The translations under genes were made by a program, and so were the position numbers. Positions 9,523 to 20,109 of a stretch of 64,000 nucleotides of DNA are shown piece after piece. Below the pieces are notes generated by a model that saw only the letters and a program-made list of their open reading frames with translations, ran no database searches and was not told where the DNA came from. Within the stretch, counting starts at the first letter, position 1. The number at the start of each line of letters is the position of its first letter. This DNA is from Clostridiales bacterium (GTDB taxonomy: Bacteria; Bacillota; Clostridia; Christensenellales; Pumilibacteraceae): positions 9,973 through 73,972 of the forward strand of contig JAIDCZ010000029.1 in the NCBI GenBank assembly GCA_029055565.1, given 5' to 3'.

Positions 9523-10238
9523 GCTAACCTAACCGCGGCGGCCACGGCGACGTGCGTAGAATCGGTCGCCTTCAAATCGAGAATGGTATTAGGCTCCCAC
9601 TGCTCGCCGGACAAACTGTCGGCGGTTATAAAGAACGTATAGAACTCCGTGCCGCGAAAGTTAGAGCACGCCTGCAACGCCGCGCTTTCCATATCCACAG
9701 CCACGCAACCCGCTTCCACCATTTCGTTAAGCCGCGTACGCGTTTCGCGGTAGAACCCATCTGTAGTCCACGCCCCGCCGACCAGCGTTTTTATACCCGC
9801 GCTTTCCAGCACGGACTTAACCTTGTCGGCGTTCTTTATTTCCACGTACTCGCTTGCGGGCATGTAGTGATAGCTCGTTCCCTCGTCGCGGTACGCGCGC
9901 GTAGGCACTACGAATAAGTGCGGCGAAGCCTCGGTAAGCGCACCGCAAATGCCGAACGCAATAACCTTTTTCACCCCGCACGCCAAAATCTCCTCCAGCG
10001 CCGATACCGCCGCCGGCGCACCGACCGGCGTATGATACACTACGATCGTTTTGCCGTCGTCGGTAAACGTGTAAAGCGGAATATCCACCGACCCATACAT
10101 AACCCCCGCTTGCTTAGCGCCTGTACGCTTTAACAGCGTGTCGAATATGAACGTACTAAAAGTTGTGATAGCAACATCCGCATGTATATGTTCGCCGCGC
10201 GGCGATATAAGCCCTTCCTCGTCAATAAACCTAATCAT
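9510..10238 (-). CDS. Nucleoside phosphorylase (PNP/UDP family)
   Basis: GAPAA, G.CGAL, RDEGTSYHY, WTTDGFYRET, AVDMESAA motifs; AGGAG RBS. Confidence 0.9.
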   Translation of the reverse strand: MIRFIDEEGLISPRGEHIHADVAITTFSTFIFDTLLKRTGAKQAGVMYGSVDIPLYTFTDDGKTIVVYHTPVGAPAAVSALEEILACGVKKVIAFGICGALTEASPHLFVVPTRAYRDEGTSYHYMPASEYVEIKNADKVKSVLESAGIKTLVGGAWTTDGFYRETRTRLNEMVEAGCVAVDMESAALQACSNFRGTEFYTFFITADSLSGEQWEPNTILDLKATDSTHVAVAAAVRLALLL

Positions 10239-10300
10239 GATGTATACTCCTTGCAGAAAGTATAACATATTATAGTATGTTTTTCAAGTCCTACCGCCGT

Positions 10301-10498
10301 CTATTTAAATAATAGATATGGACTAACATTCATTATTCTTACTACCTTACCTAGCGAAACCAATCTAACGTTTTTACCGTCTATAATTTTGTAATACGTA
10401 CTAACACATATACCGCACTGCTTGCAAAAGTCATTTACAGTCAAATCATTTTCTTTTATAAACTGCATTATAATATCGGTATTTATTCGTGTGTGCAT
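10301..10498 (-). CDS. Small Cro/XRE-like HTH protein
   Basis: FIKENDLTVNDFCKQCGICVSTYYKI..LGKVVRIMNV HTH; GAAGG before ATG 10498. Confidence 0.8.
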   Translation of the reverse strand: MHTRINTDIIMQFIKENDLTVNDFCKQCGICVSTYYKIIDGKNVRLVSLGKVVRIMNVSPYLLFK

Positions 10499-10520
10499 TG
10501 CTACCTTCAAATAATAAATC

Positions 10521-10596
10521 TATGGCTATTAGCCGTAATTATTATATATGGCTTTAAGCAGTATGTCAAGATAAATACGGCTATCAGCCGTATAAT
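10521..10596. promoter_or_regulatory. Three 17-bp palindromic operators and divergent promoters
   Basis: TATGGCTATTAGCCGTA (10521-37), TATGGCTTTAAGCAGTA (10547-63), TACGGCTATCAGCCGTA (10576-92); minus-strand TTGACA-17-TATAAT (10569-10541); plus-strand TATAAT 10591-96. Confidence 0.85.
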
Positions 10597-10602
10597 TATA
10601 TT

Positions 10603-10818
10603 ATGAATAAATTTATTGAACGTTTAAAAGAAGCGTTAGCTGAAAATAATTTATCACAAAATGCACTGGCACAAAAAATAAACATGTCGCAAAGTGTAGT
10701 AAATAATTATTTTACCGGCAAACGAGAACCGTCACTGGACGTTTTGATTTCAATTTGCAAGGAACTTCAAGTAAGTGCCGATTATTTATTAGGATTGACC
10801 GATTATAATAATCTTTAA
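10603..10818 (+). CDS. XRE-family HTH repressor
   Basis: LSQNALAQKINMSQSVVNNYFTGKREPSLDVL..VSADYLLG; no RBS, ATG 6 nt after -10. Confidence 0.9.
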   Translation: MNKFIERLKEALAENNLSQNALAQKINMSQSVVNNYFTGKREPSLDVLISICKELQVSADYLLGLTDYNNL

Positions 10819-10844
10819 TTCTTAATTCTGAATTCTTAATTCAT

Positions 10845-11070
10845 AGTGGCGTCGCGCTATTTCTATCGTCACAAAACTATTCGGGCGCAACAACGAACCA
10901 ATTACTTAGCACACACACGACACTAAAAATTTCTTGCATACTTCTGTTATACAAAGTGGCGTCGCGCTATTATTATCGACTCAAAATTCATTGGGTGTAA
11001 CGCAAAACTAATCACACTGTAAACACACAACACTAAAAGTTTCTTGCCTACTTCTTTTCAAAGAAGTAGG
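10845..11070. repeat. ~110-bp repeat, family B, tandem copies 2 and 3
   Basis: agtggcgtcgcgctatt starts at 10845 and 10955 (period 110); both continue to acactaaaa.tttcttgc.tacttct. Confidence 0.85.
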
Positions 11071-11109
11071 TTCTTAATTGCAAAAACCCCGCCGTTGCGG
11101 GGTTTTTGC

Positions 11110-11832
11110 TTAGCCGTTATTTATTTCGGTAACTACGTTTTTGAGCGCGGCGTACGCCTCGGTGGTATTGGCTCTTACCTTGACCGGCGTAATTTTGTAC
11201 GTTTCGTAACGCGTGCCGTCGTCGGCCACTCGGTTGGTGGCATACTCGTAAATATACGGATACAAGTATATTTCGCCGACGCTGTTATCGGTATTGCCTA
11301 TAAGCACCTTTACGCGGTCGAAGTAAATGGTTTCGCCGTCCACTGTCAGCTTTTGCGCAATCGACTTGTTAAGCTCGCCGTTCACTACCGAATCGGTATA
11401 AATATATTCCACCATATACTCGGTTTCGGTGGAGGTTATTTCGTTAATCTCGCTCGCGGACAGCGTTATTTTCTTGTCCTTGTTGTTGCGCGCAAAGTTA
11501 TACGAATAATCCCAGTTCCATTGCAGAACGGCGTTCATCACGCTGAAATCCATCGTGCCGAGCGCAGAACGGATTTTGCTTTGCGCCTTGCCGGTAGTCA
11601 TAAGCGGCGCGGAGCTATCCAGATCGTACAGCTCGTAACGCTCGCCCTTTTTGGAATCGGGCGTTTTGAATCCGTCCATAGGATCGACGCGAACACCGCA
11701 CATAACCGCTATAGCTATAAGCAAAAGCGCGGCAATCGCGGCTACTATAATAACCACTATGTTCGCAGTTCTGTGCGAGGTCTGCACCGCCTCGGCTACA
11801 GATACGTTGTTCTTTTTGTTCTTCTTTGCCAT
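11110..11832 (-). CDS. Hypothetical membrane-anchored protein
   Basis: 240-aa ORF, basic N-terminus and one TM helix; downstream of ftsH; terminator at 11082-11108. Confidence 0.75.
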   Translation of the reverse strand: MAKKNKKNNVSVAEAVQTSHRTANIVVIIVAAIAALLLIAIAVMCGVRVDPMDGFKTPDSKKGERYELYDLDSSAPLMTTGKAQSKIRSALGTMDFSVMNAVLQWNWDYSYNFARNNKDKKITLSASEINEITSTETEYMVEYIYTDSVVNGELNKSIAQKLTVDGETIYFDRVKVLIGNTDNSVGEIYLYPYIYEYATNRVADDGTRYETYKITPVKVRANTTEAYAALKNVVTEINNG

Positions 11833-11875
11833 ATTGTTTTCCGTCCGAAAAAATGGTTTGTATTGTTATATCGAA

Positions 11876-14074
11876 TTATTTGTCTTCGCCGTTATCGCCG
11901 TCGTCCGCCTTTTTGGTCGAACGCTTGCGCGTCGTAGGCTTTTTGGCGGGCGCCTTAGCTTCCGCTTGCTCGGCCGGCTGTTCCGCTTGCTCCGCGGTTT
12001 GCTCGGCGGGTTCGTGTGCGGTTTGCTCGGTCGGCCGTTCGGGTTCACTCGTCGACTGTTCGGCCGTAGGCTCTACCGGTTGTTCCTTAACAGCGTCCTC
12101 GATAATGGGCGCCGGCTTTTCCGTGCCCTTTACCGGTGCGAAATCCGAAAGCTTTTTGATAGGCGCTTTTTCCATTGCGTCTCGGTGCGCAGCTTTACGG
12201 TCCAACCGCTCGTTAAGCGCTTTTTTAACTTCCTCCGGCGTAGCGCCGTTGACTATCATTTCTACTTCCTCGGCGTAGATGGTTTCGCACTCTATAAGCA
12301 CGCGCGCCATCGTGTCCAGCATCTTGCGGTTGTCGGTAAGCACCTTTACCGCCTTGGCATGCGCCTCGTCTATAAGCCGCTTGATTTCCGCGTCGATTTG
12401 CGCGGCAACGACGTCCGAATACGAATGCTGGGACTGATAGTCGCGGCCCAAGAACACCTCTTGACTACCGCCGTGGAACACCGTGCCCACCTTGTCGGAC
12501 ATACCCCATTCGGTAACCATTTTGCGAGCAATGTTGGTGGCCTGCTGAAGGTCGCCCACCGCGCCGGTAGTGTAGTCCTCTATAACGAGCTCCTCGGCCG
12601 CTCTGCCGCCCATAGCGCTGGCAAGTTTGCCCAAAAGCTGGTTGACGGTGATAAAGTTGTTGTCGTTGTCCGGACGGTACATAGTGTACCCGCCCGCTTG
12701 ACCGCGCGGAATAATAGTCACTTCGTGAACGGGATCGCAGCCCTTGGTCAAGCACGCGACTATGGCGTGGCCCGCCTCGTGATAAGCGGTTATGCGCTGA
12801 TCGACCGGCGTGACGAGCCGAGATTTCTTTTGCGGGCCCATTTCCACCTTGTCGATAGCCTCGTACATATCCTCCATGCTTATGCGCGTACGGTCCTCGC
12901 GTGCCGCAAGTATAGCCGCCTCGTTGAGCATGTTCTCTATGTCGGCGCCCGAAAAGCCGCTGGTAATGCGCGCAAGCGTTTGGAAGTCAACGTCGGACGC
13001 GAGCGGTTTGTTGCGCGCGTGCACCTTGAATATCGCTTCTCTGCCGCGCACGTCCGGAAGGTTGACATAAATCTGACGGTCGAATCGACCGGGGCGCATA
13101 AGCGCGGGATCGAGTACGTCGCTGCGGTTTGTCGCCGCCATGACGATAATGTGCTCGTTGGATTCAAAGCCGTCCATCGCCACGAGCAGCTGGTTGAGCG
13201 TTTGCTCGCGCTCGTCGTTGCCGCCGCCCATACCGGCGCCGCGCTGACGACCCACCGCGTCTATCTCGTCGATAAACACTATACACGGCATGTTCTTTTT
13301 GGCTTGGTCGAACAAATCACGCACGCGCGACGCGCCCACGCCGACAAACATTTCCACAAAGTCCGAACCGGACTTGCTGAAAAACGGCACGTTAGCCTCG
13401 CCCGCGACTGCCTTGGCGAACAGAGTTTTACCTGTTCCCGGAGGGCCGACCAGCAGTACGCCGTGCGGCACTCGCGCACCGACAGCGGTAAACTTTTGCG
13501 GGTTCTTTAGGAACTCGACTATCTCTTTGAGCTCTTCCTTTTCCTCTTCCGCGCCGGCAACGTCGCTGAACCGTACCTTTATTTGTTTTTGGACGTTGTT
13601 CTTGGTCTTGCCAAAGTCCATTGTCGAGCGCGTGGAATTGCTCATCGCGCGGAACATAAACACCATAAGCACGACCAAAAGCACGAGCGCAAGCACCGGA
13701 ATAATATAGTCGGTTATGGAAGTTGCATAACGGTCGTTAAACGAAAGAACAATCGGCTTATCCTTGTACTCGGCATTGTAGAGAGGGTCATCCTTGTCGG
13801 TGACATGACTCTCGTACTCCTTAACGGCGTCAATAACCAACTCGTAGCGTGCGTAAACCTTGTAAGCGTACTTTTTGCCGCTCTTGGTCGTTTTGACGTA
13901 CGCCGTATCGTTTTCCAAATAGATTTCTACAATACTGCCCTTATTGATATCGCGGTTAAGCTCGGTATAGGTTTTGTCCTCCACTCCGGTGGCGGCGTAA
14001 ACCACTACCCACACTATCACTCCTATAAGAATAACGCTTATAACCGCAATTAAAACCTTAGTACTCGTTTTCAA
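11876..14074 (-). CDS. ftsH: ATP-dependent zinc metalloprotease FtsH
   Basis: 2 TM, Walker A GPPGTGKT, Walker [25 protein letters not shown]; long Glu/Gln/Ala/Pro-rich tail. Confidence 0.97.
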   Translation of the reverse strand: MKTSTKVLIAVISVILIGVIVWVVVYAATGVEDKTYTELNRDINKGSIVEIYLENDTAYVKTTKSGKKYAYKVYARYELVIDAVKEYESHVTDKDDPLYNAEYKDKPIVLSFNDRYATSITDYIIPVLALVLLVVLMVFMFRAMSNSTRSTMDFGKTKNNVQKQIKVRFSDVAGAEEEKEELKEIVEFLKNPQKFTAVGARVPHGVLLVGPPGTGKTLFAKAVAGEANVPFFSKSGSDFVEMFVGVGASRVRDLFDQAKKNMPCIVFIDEIDAVGRQRGAGMGGGNDEREQTLNQLLVAMDGFESNEHIIVMAATNRSDVLDPALMRPGRFDRQIYVNLPDVRGREAIFKVHARNKPLASDVDFQTLARITSGFSGADIENMLNEAAILAAREDRTRISMEDMYEAIDKVEMGPQKKSRLVTPVDQRITAYHEAGHAIVACLTKGCDPVHEVTIIPRGQAGGYTMYRPDNDNNFITVNQLLGKLASAMGGRAAEELVIEDYTTGAVGDLQQATNIARKMVTEWGMSDKVGTVFHGGSQEVFLGRDYQSQHSYSDVVAAQIDAEIKRLIDEAHAKAVKVLTDNRKMLDTMARVLIECETIYAEEVEMIVNGATPEEVKKALNERLDRKAAHRDAMEKAPIKKLSDFAPVKGTEKPAPIIEDAVKEQPVEPTAEQSTSEPERPTEQTAHEPAEQTAEQAEQPAEQAEAKAPAKKPTTRKRSTKKADDGDNGEDK

Positions 14075-14321
14075 CGTGGAATCCTCCGCATACTGAGTAG
14101 TATATCACACTTGCGAGAATTGTACAAGCGTTTTGCCGCCTTTGCGTGATTTTTAATACAGTTTTAATCTTTATAAAGCGGCGCAAGCGCCTAATAGAAT
14201 AAATAAGAGATAAGATTGAATAGATAAGAATGAATGAAAAAATTTTATTTAAATTTAATTAAATGAGGGACGAGCGTAGCGAGTAATCCGTCACTATTCA
14301 CTATTCATTATTCACTATTCA

Positions 14322-15809
14322 CTACGCTATCGCTCTCTTTACCGCGTCGCGCCAGCCGTCTATCAGCATATTGCGCGCCTCGCTCGGCATATTCGGTGTA
14401 AAAACGCTATCTCCGCTTTGCGGCGCGGCAAGAAATTTATCGTCGTAAACGCTCGTCGCAAGCCCCGCAAGATATGCCGCGCCGAGCGCCGTCGATTCCA
14501 CAACCCCGGGGCGCACTACGTCGTAGCCGGTAATATCGGCGGTAAACTGCATCAAAAAGTCGTTGGATGACGCGCCGCCGTCCACAGCAAGTCGCTTGCC
14601 GCCGCGTGGCGGACAGTCCTTTTCCATAGCGCACAGCACGTCGTTCACTTGGTAGGCAATGCTCTCCAGCGCCGCGCGAATAAAGTGATCGCGGTTTGCG
14701 CCGCGCGTTATGCCGGTAATCGTGCCGCGTGCGTACTGGTTCCAGTACGGCGCGCCCAAGCCGACGAACGCCGGCACTATGTACATACCCAAGGTGTCGG
14801 GCACGCTTTTGGCGTACTTCTCGGTTTCCGCCGCCGTGCGCACCAACTGCATTTCGTCCCTAAGCCACTGCACCACCGCGCCGCCTACGAACACGCTCCC
14901 CTCCAAGGCGTACTGCGGAACGTTGCCTCGCATTGCCGCAAGCGTGGTTATAAGTCCGTGCTTGCTAACCACCGCCTCGTCGCCGGTGTTCATAAGCAAA
15001 AAGCAACCGGTGCCGAACGTATTTTTGGCCGCGCCGCGGGTAAAGCAACGCTGACCGAACAGCGCCGCTTGCTGGTCGCCCGCCACGCCCGCAATGGGTA
15101 TTTTCGCGCCGAACACGCTCTCGTCGGTAAAGCCGAAAATGCCGCTCGACGGCAGTACGGTAGGAAGCATACAGCGCGGAATATCAAACAGCCTAAGCAA
15201 CTCGTCATCCCACTTGAGCGTGTGAATATTGAACAGCTGCGTGCGCGACGCGTTGGTGTAATCGGTTGCGAAAATTGCGCCAGCCGACAGTCGCCACATT
15301 AGGTACGTATCGACGGTGCCGAACAGCAGCTCGCCGTTTTGCGCTCTTTGCCGCGCTCCAGCCACGTTATCCAGTATCCACTTAATCTTGGTCGCCGAAA
15401 AATACGCGTCTATAGGCAGACCGGTTTTGTCATAAATAGTATCGGCAAGTCCGTCCGCTTTAAGCTTGTCGCACAGCCCCGCCGTGCGCCGACACTGCCA
15501 CACTATGGCGTTGTACACCGGCACGCCGGTGCGCTTGTCCCACACGATAGTCGTTTCGCGCTGATTGGTTATGCCGATAGCCGCTATATCCGCGCGGTTA
15601 ATACCCAGCCGTGCAATCGCCTCCGAAGCGGTGGCCGCGACCGATGAAAAAATCTCTACCGGATCATGCTCCACCCAGCCGTCGCGTGGATATATTTGCG
15701 CGTACTCGGCTTGTGCGCGAGCCTTTATTTCCCCATTGCCGTCAAATATGATAGCGCGCGAACTTGTAGTGCCTTGGTCGAGCGCCAATACGTACTTGTG
15801 ATTTGCCAT
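14322..15809 (-). CDS. glpK: Glycerol kinase
   Basis: [44 protein letters not shown]; start at MANHKY. Confidence 0.96.
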   Translation of the reverse strand: MANHKYVLALDQGTTSSRAIIFDGNGEIKARAQAEYAQIYPRDGWVEHDPVEIFSSVAATASEAIARLGINRADIAAIGITNQRETTIVWDKRTGVPVYNAIVWQCRRTAGLCDKLKADGLADTIYDKTGLPIDAYFSATKIKWILDNVAGARQRAQNGELLFGTVDTYLMWRLSAGAIFATDYTNASRTQLFNIHTLKWDDELLRLFDIPRCMLPTVLPSSGIFGFTDESVFGAKIPIAGVAGDQQAALFGQRCFTRGAAKNTFGTGCFLLMNTGDEAVVSKHGLITTLAAMRGNVPQYALEGSVFVGGAVVQWLRDEMQLVRTAAETEKYAKSVPDTLGMYIVPAFVGLGAPYWNQYARGTITGITRGANRDHFIRAALESIAYQVNDVLCAMEKDCPPRGGKRLAVDGGASSNDFLMQFTADITGYDVVRPGVVESTALGAAYLAGLATSVYDDKFLAAPQSGDSVFTPNMPSEARNMLIDGWRDAVKRAIA

Positions 15810-15881
15810 CGTTTTCCGCCGTAAAAATAATGTATGATTTATTGTAACATTTAAATGTCGTAATTGCAAGCGTTTATAAAA

Positions 15882-16018
15882 AAGGTTGAGATTCCTCGGC
15901 GGGCAGAAAATGCTCGGAATACCTTCGGTGCTTCGTAGGACAAAAATTTTTCTTGTCCTACGAAGCACCGAAGGTATTCAGAACAAGCGCGAAGCGCGCA
16001 GTGAAGAATCTCTACCTT
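15882..16018. repeat. Palindromic REP-like element, family A, copy 5
   Basis: aaggttgagattcctcg..gaataccttcggtgcttcgtaggacaa / ttgtcctacgaagcaccgaaggtattcagaac..gaagaatctctacctt. Confidence 0.85.
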
Positions 16019-16084
16019 AATACGGCGTAGTCGCCATAATTCTGAATTCATAATTGAAAAAACCGCCCGTAGGCGGTTTTTGTG

Positions 16085-16591
16085 TTAATCTTCGTCTTCC
16101 TCGAATTCTTCGTCTTCCTCGTAGTCGTTGGGATCGACGTTAAAGTCAAAGTCGTCCGGCTCGTCGGAAACGGTTTCCACCATTTCGTCCTCGTCGTCCT
16201 CTTCCTCCTCCTCGTCCTCGTCGAGAATCTCTTGCATGCCGTCGGGCACTTCCTCCTCCTCGTCGTCGGCAAACGGATCCCAGCTGTTGGCGCCGTCCTC
16301 GTCGTCGGCGTCGACCTCCTTGGATTCCTTTTCCTTTTCCTCGCGTTCCTTTTGGCACTCGAAGCACACTTCCTCGTCCTCGCCCAAAAGGTTCACTTGG
16401 CAGACCGGACAAATGCGGTTATCGGTTTCGTCCTCCTCGTCGGGCAAAAGGAACGACGAATCGCCTATGCCCATTTCAGCCTTGCAGACGGGGCAAAGCT
16501 TTTCGCGCTTATCGATATAATTGATTTCACAACGCGGGCAAAGAATGTATACGGGGCGTTCGTCCTTGTTATTTTTTTCGACTTTTTTCAT
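16085..16591 (-). CDS. Hypothetical protein with two Cys4 zinc-ribbon-like units and a very acidic tail
   Basis: CPRC..CPVC and CPVC..CFEC; C-terminal half dominated by D/E; GGAG RBS; terminator 16057-16081. Confidence 0.8.
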   Translation of the reverse strand: MKKVEKNNKDERPVYILCPRCEINYIDKREKLCPVCKAEMGIGDSSFLLPDEEDETDNRICPVCQVNLLGEDEEVCFECQKEREEKEKESKEVDADDEDGANSWDPFADDEEEEVPDGMQEILDEDEEEEEDDEDEMVETVSDEPDDFDFNVDPNDYEEDEEFEEDED

Positions 16592-16795
16592 AAAAGTTTC
16601 TCCGTGTCAGATTACCTATAAATCGCACCTATTATATGCGTTTTATTCGAGTTTGTAAACTGTTTTAACGCCGTTTTCCTATTTTTTTATTTCTTTTTTT
16701 TAAAACGTTCAATTCCGAATTCATTAAGTATAATTATTAACGGATTTGGCGACAATTATTTACGGCAAAAAATATAAATTGCGGAGGATATTATC

Positions 16796-17032
16796 ATGCG
16801 CCGTCGCGCCGTAAACATACAAGAAGTCAAACAAAAAATCGCGTCGCTTCGCGGCAAAGATTTGTCGCTCGCCGTCAACAAAGGCAGAAACCGCATAACC
16901 AAGCTTAACGGACAGATAGAAGACTTGTTTCCGTCGGTATTCACCTTTCGCGCCGCCGCCGGCGATTTGGTGTCATTCTCCTACTCCGACATTATATGCG
17001 GCGATATAAAGATAGGTTATAGCAACGGCTAA
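16796..17032 (+). CDS. veg: Veg family protein
   Basis: VNKGRNR..GQIEDLFPSVFT..SFSYSDII; GGAGG RBS; terminator ~17049-17085. Confidence 0.88.
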   Translation: MRRRAVNIQEVKQKIASLRGKDLSLAVNKGRNRITKLNGQIEDLFPSVFTFRAAAGDLVSFSYSDIICGDIKIGYSNG

Positions 17033-17135
17033 ACCGTACAGACCAAGCAAAAACCGGCAGAACGTATACGCTCTGTCGGTTTTTATTTTCTTAATTATCC
17101 ATAATTCCGAATTCTTAATTCCGAATTCCGAATTA

Positions 17136-18578
17136 TTAAAGTCTATTGTACTTAGCCAGCATGTCGTGTATTTTGTCGGTCAGCTGTTCCCAATCGGGAT
17201 AGGAGCGCCATGCCCAGTTGCCGCCCAGCGTGGACGGAATATTCATACGCGCCGATGTGGGCAAGTCCAAAAAGTCTTGCATGGGAATGATAACGGTATC
17301 GGCAGCCGACGAGAACAGTCTGTCCACTATTTCGCCAGCAACGTTGTCGCCCCAATAATTGAGCGTGCGGCGCACCAGCTCCTTTTGTCCGCCGTCAAGC
17401 GCCTCAAACCAGCCGCGCGTAGTATCGTTGTCGTGCGTGCCGGTGTACGCCACGCAGTTGTTGCTATAATTGGTGTAGTAGAAGTCGTTGTACGGATTGC
17501 CGTCAAACGCGAACTGCATAATCTTCATGCCGGGGTAGCCGGTATCGCGCACGAGCCAGCGCACGCAGTCGTGAAGCTCGCCAAGGTCCTCGGCAATGAT
17601 TGCGGGGTTGTTAAGCTTTTGGTTGATAACGTTGAACAACGCCATACCCGGCCCCGGCTTCCACTCGCCCACGCGCGCGTCGGTGCGGCCCTCAGGGATT
17701 ACGTAGTAGTCGGCAAACGCGCGGAAGTGATCGATACGCACTACGTCGTACAGCTTGAGCGCCATAGTCATGCGCATAACCCACCAGTCGTAATTGGTTT
17801 CGCGCATGTAGTCCCAGTCGTAAATAGGATTGCCCCAAAGCTGACCGTCGGCAGAGAAGTAGTCGGGCGGTACGCCGGCAACCACCTTTTTGGAAAGGTC
17901 CTCGTTAAGCAAGAACTGCTTGGGATTGCTCCAAACCTCAACCGAGTCGTGCGCGACGTAAATGGGCATATCCCCCACTATTTTAACGCCGTGCGCGTTG
18001 GCGTAGTTTTTAAGCGCAAGCCATTGCCGGAAAAACTCGTACTGCAAGAACTTGTGGAACTCCGCGGCGTTGGCAAACTTGGTCATGGAACCGGTGCGGT
18101 GCATGTACTTAGGCTCCCAAGTATACCACGGCTGCATTTCGTGCGCTTCCTTAAGCGCCATAAACAGCGCGTAGTCGTCCAGCCAGAACGCGTTTTCGGT
18201 CTTGAACTTTTCGTAATCGGCGGGCGGCGCCTTTTTGAACCGACGGAACGCCTTACGCAGAGTGTCGAACCGCTCGTAGTAAATTTCGGCGTAGTCTATT
18301 TTTTTCAACTCGTAGACGGGCGCTTCATCTTTTTTGAGCAAGCCCTCGTCGATAAGCATATCGAGATCTATAAAGTACGGATTGCCCGCAATCGCGCTGG
18401 GCGACTGGTACGGCGAATCGCCGTACGACGTGGGGCACAGCGGCAAAACTTGCCACAGCGTAAGACCTGACTTTTGCATAAAGTCCACAAACTTATAAGC
18501 CGACTTGCCGAACGAACCGATGCCGCGATCGTTAGGCAGCGACGATACGTGCATTAACACACCCGCTTTTCTTTCCAA
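17136..18578 (-). CDS. malQ: 4-alpha-glucanotransferase (amylomaltase, GH77)
   Basis: GVLMHVSSLP, WQVLPL, DSPY, GQLWGNP, RIDHFR, IAEDLG, YTGTHDN; TTG start with GAGG RBS. Confidence 0.96.
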   Translation of the reverse strand: MERKAGVLMHVSSLPNDRGIGSFGKSAYKFVDFMQKSGLTLWQVLPLCPTSYGDSPYQSPSAIAGNPYFIDLDMLIDEGLLKKDEAPVYELKKIDYAEIYYERFDTLRKAFRRFKKAPPADYEKFKTENAFWLDDYALFMALKEAHEMQPWYTWEPKYMHRTGSMTKFANAAEFHKFLQYEFFRQWLALKNYANAHGVKIVGDMPIYVAHDSVEVWSNPKQFLLNEDLSKKVVAGVPPDYFSADGQLWGNPIYDWDYMRETNYDWWVMRMTMALKLYDVVRIDHFRAFADYYVIPEGRTDARVGEWKPGPGMALFNVINQKLNNPAIIAEDLGELHDCVRWLVRDTGYPGMKIMQFAFDGNPYNDFYYTNYSNNCVAYTGTHDNDTTRGWFEALDGGQKELVRRTLNYWGDNVAGEIVDRLFSSAADTVIIPMQDFLDLPTSARMNIPSTLGGNWAWRSYPDWEQLTDKIHDMLAKYNRL

Positions 18579-19029
18579 AATACACCTTCCTCTCAATGTA
18601 GTATTTACAGCGTAAGTATAGCACAATCATATAAAGATTACAATACGTTTGAAAAAAAATTTCTTTTTTAATTCGCATAATGAAGTCGCAATAATAACAA
18701 ACAATTTCTAATCAATTTTTAACCTTATTCTTGTTGATTACTAATAAAAGTGTGATATAATTTTGTGACGACGGCCGCGGTTATTTCATGGTATGACGAT
18801 CCGGAAATCAGTTATTACACAAGTGAACATAAAAAAGCACTCTATTCAGTTAGCCTACCGGTAATTTGTTTCTTGCCTACTCTCGTATTTTACTTGTTTT
18901 TTTCTTGGATATTCCTAATAAAAAAGCACTAATGTTTATCGTATATATTGCAAACACACGTACGTTAATTCCTAAACACAAAACACGCGCCCGAATAATG
19001 CTATGCTAAAATCAGTTATCTTTCTTATA

Positions 19030-19698
19030 CTATTCGCGACTGACGTAGGATTCTTGTAAATTTTTTGCGTTTTGCTCCGGATCGGATACGGTCATATCCG
19101 TCGGCGCGTTATACTGATATTTACATTGCCAATCGGAAGTATCTTCAAAAGTAATTTTATTTAATTCGGTATTAGAAAACGCATAGGTGTGAATAGTATA
19201 TTTATTTCCATTTACCGTTGCGGGCAGAGTGATTTCATTTTCGTTTCCGGTATAGCCCATCAACCAATAGCGAGCGTTTTCGTCTTTCCAAAATATATAA
19301 TTGCCAGTATTATCCACCGCACTCTCGTCCGCCTCGCTAAGCGTTTTAAAGTGGAATGAAAGGCTATAAATATATTCGGGCGCCATTCCATTGTCGATTT
19401 GGTCTTGCGTCATTACCAATCTCGTAAGCATATAATTGCTTGTAGCCGCGTCGTCGCCGAGGCTTTGCAAATTTTGCGGCAACGTTACGAGTATCAATCT
19501 GCAATGTGCAAATGCACATTCTCCGATTACCGTCAAACTTTCGGGCAGATTAACGGAATAGAGTGGGCAGAAACGAAACGCGCTCGCTCCTATCGCGTAC
19601 AAGCCGTCCGGTAATTTTGCCGTACTGATAGACGCCGCATAAAAAACATAGTCGCATATTCCGCATTCGCCTATTCCCGCAACAAAAAACACCCGCAA
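19030..19698 (-). pseudogene. 5'-truncated BspA-type LRR protein remnant
   Basis: LPDGLYAIGASAF / LPESLTVIGECAF repeats; no RBS or signal peptide, begins inside the rplL terminator; lower GC. Confidence 0.7.
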
Positions 19699-19737
19699 AA
19701 ACTTGCGAGTGTCTTTTTGTTATTAAGCAAATTGTAA

Positions 19738-20109
19738 TTATTTGAGCTCGACGGTAGCGCCGACTTCTGCAAACTTCTTTTTGATCTCTTCCGCTTCGGC
19801 TTTGCCAACGTTCTCCTTAACGGTGGAGGGAGCGCCGTCGACAAGTGCTTTCGCTTCGCCAAGGCCGAGCGAGGTAAGCTCACGAACAACCTTGATGACG
19901 GGAATCTTGTTGGGACCAACGTCCTTAAGCACAACGGTGAACTCGGTCTGCTCTTCCGCTGCGGGAGCCGCGGCACCGGCCGCGGGAGCTGCAACAGCCA
20001 TAGCCGCTGCCGATACGCCAAACTTCTCCTCGATTTTCTTAACGAGGTCGTTAAGCTCGAGAACGGTCATTTTTTCGATCTCTTCGATCATCTTATCCAA
20101 ATCTGCCAT
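19738..20109 (-). CDS. rplL: 50S ribosomal protein L7/L12
   Basis: [38 protein letters not shown]. Confidence 0.98.
   Translation of the reverse strand: MADLDKMIEEIEKMTVLELNDLVKKIEEKFGVSAAAMAVAAPAAGAAAPAAEEQTEFTVVLKDVGPNKIPVIKVVRELTSLGLGEAKALVDGAPSTVKENVGKAEAEEIKKKFAEVGATVELK

Noticed and set aside
10301-10818. Prophage or toxin-antitoxin locus
   Set aside because: No structural, integrase or toxin genes; both ORFs are HTH-only.
9421-11070. Possible CRISPR array
   Set aside because: Units are ~110 bp, similar along their whole length, with no unique spacers and no cas genes.
11651-13510. 619-aa plus-strand ORF, and similar long antisense ORFs (4074-4991, 17166-18470, 44247-45749, 53470-54402)
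   Set aside because: Shadows of well-supported opposite-strand genes; no recognisable motifs or RBS.
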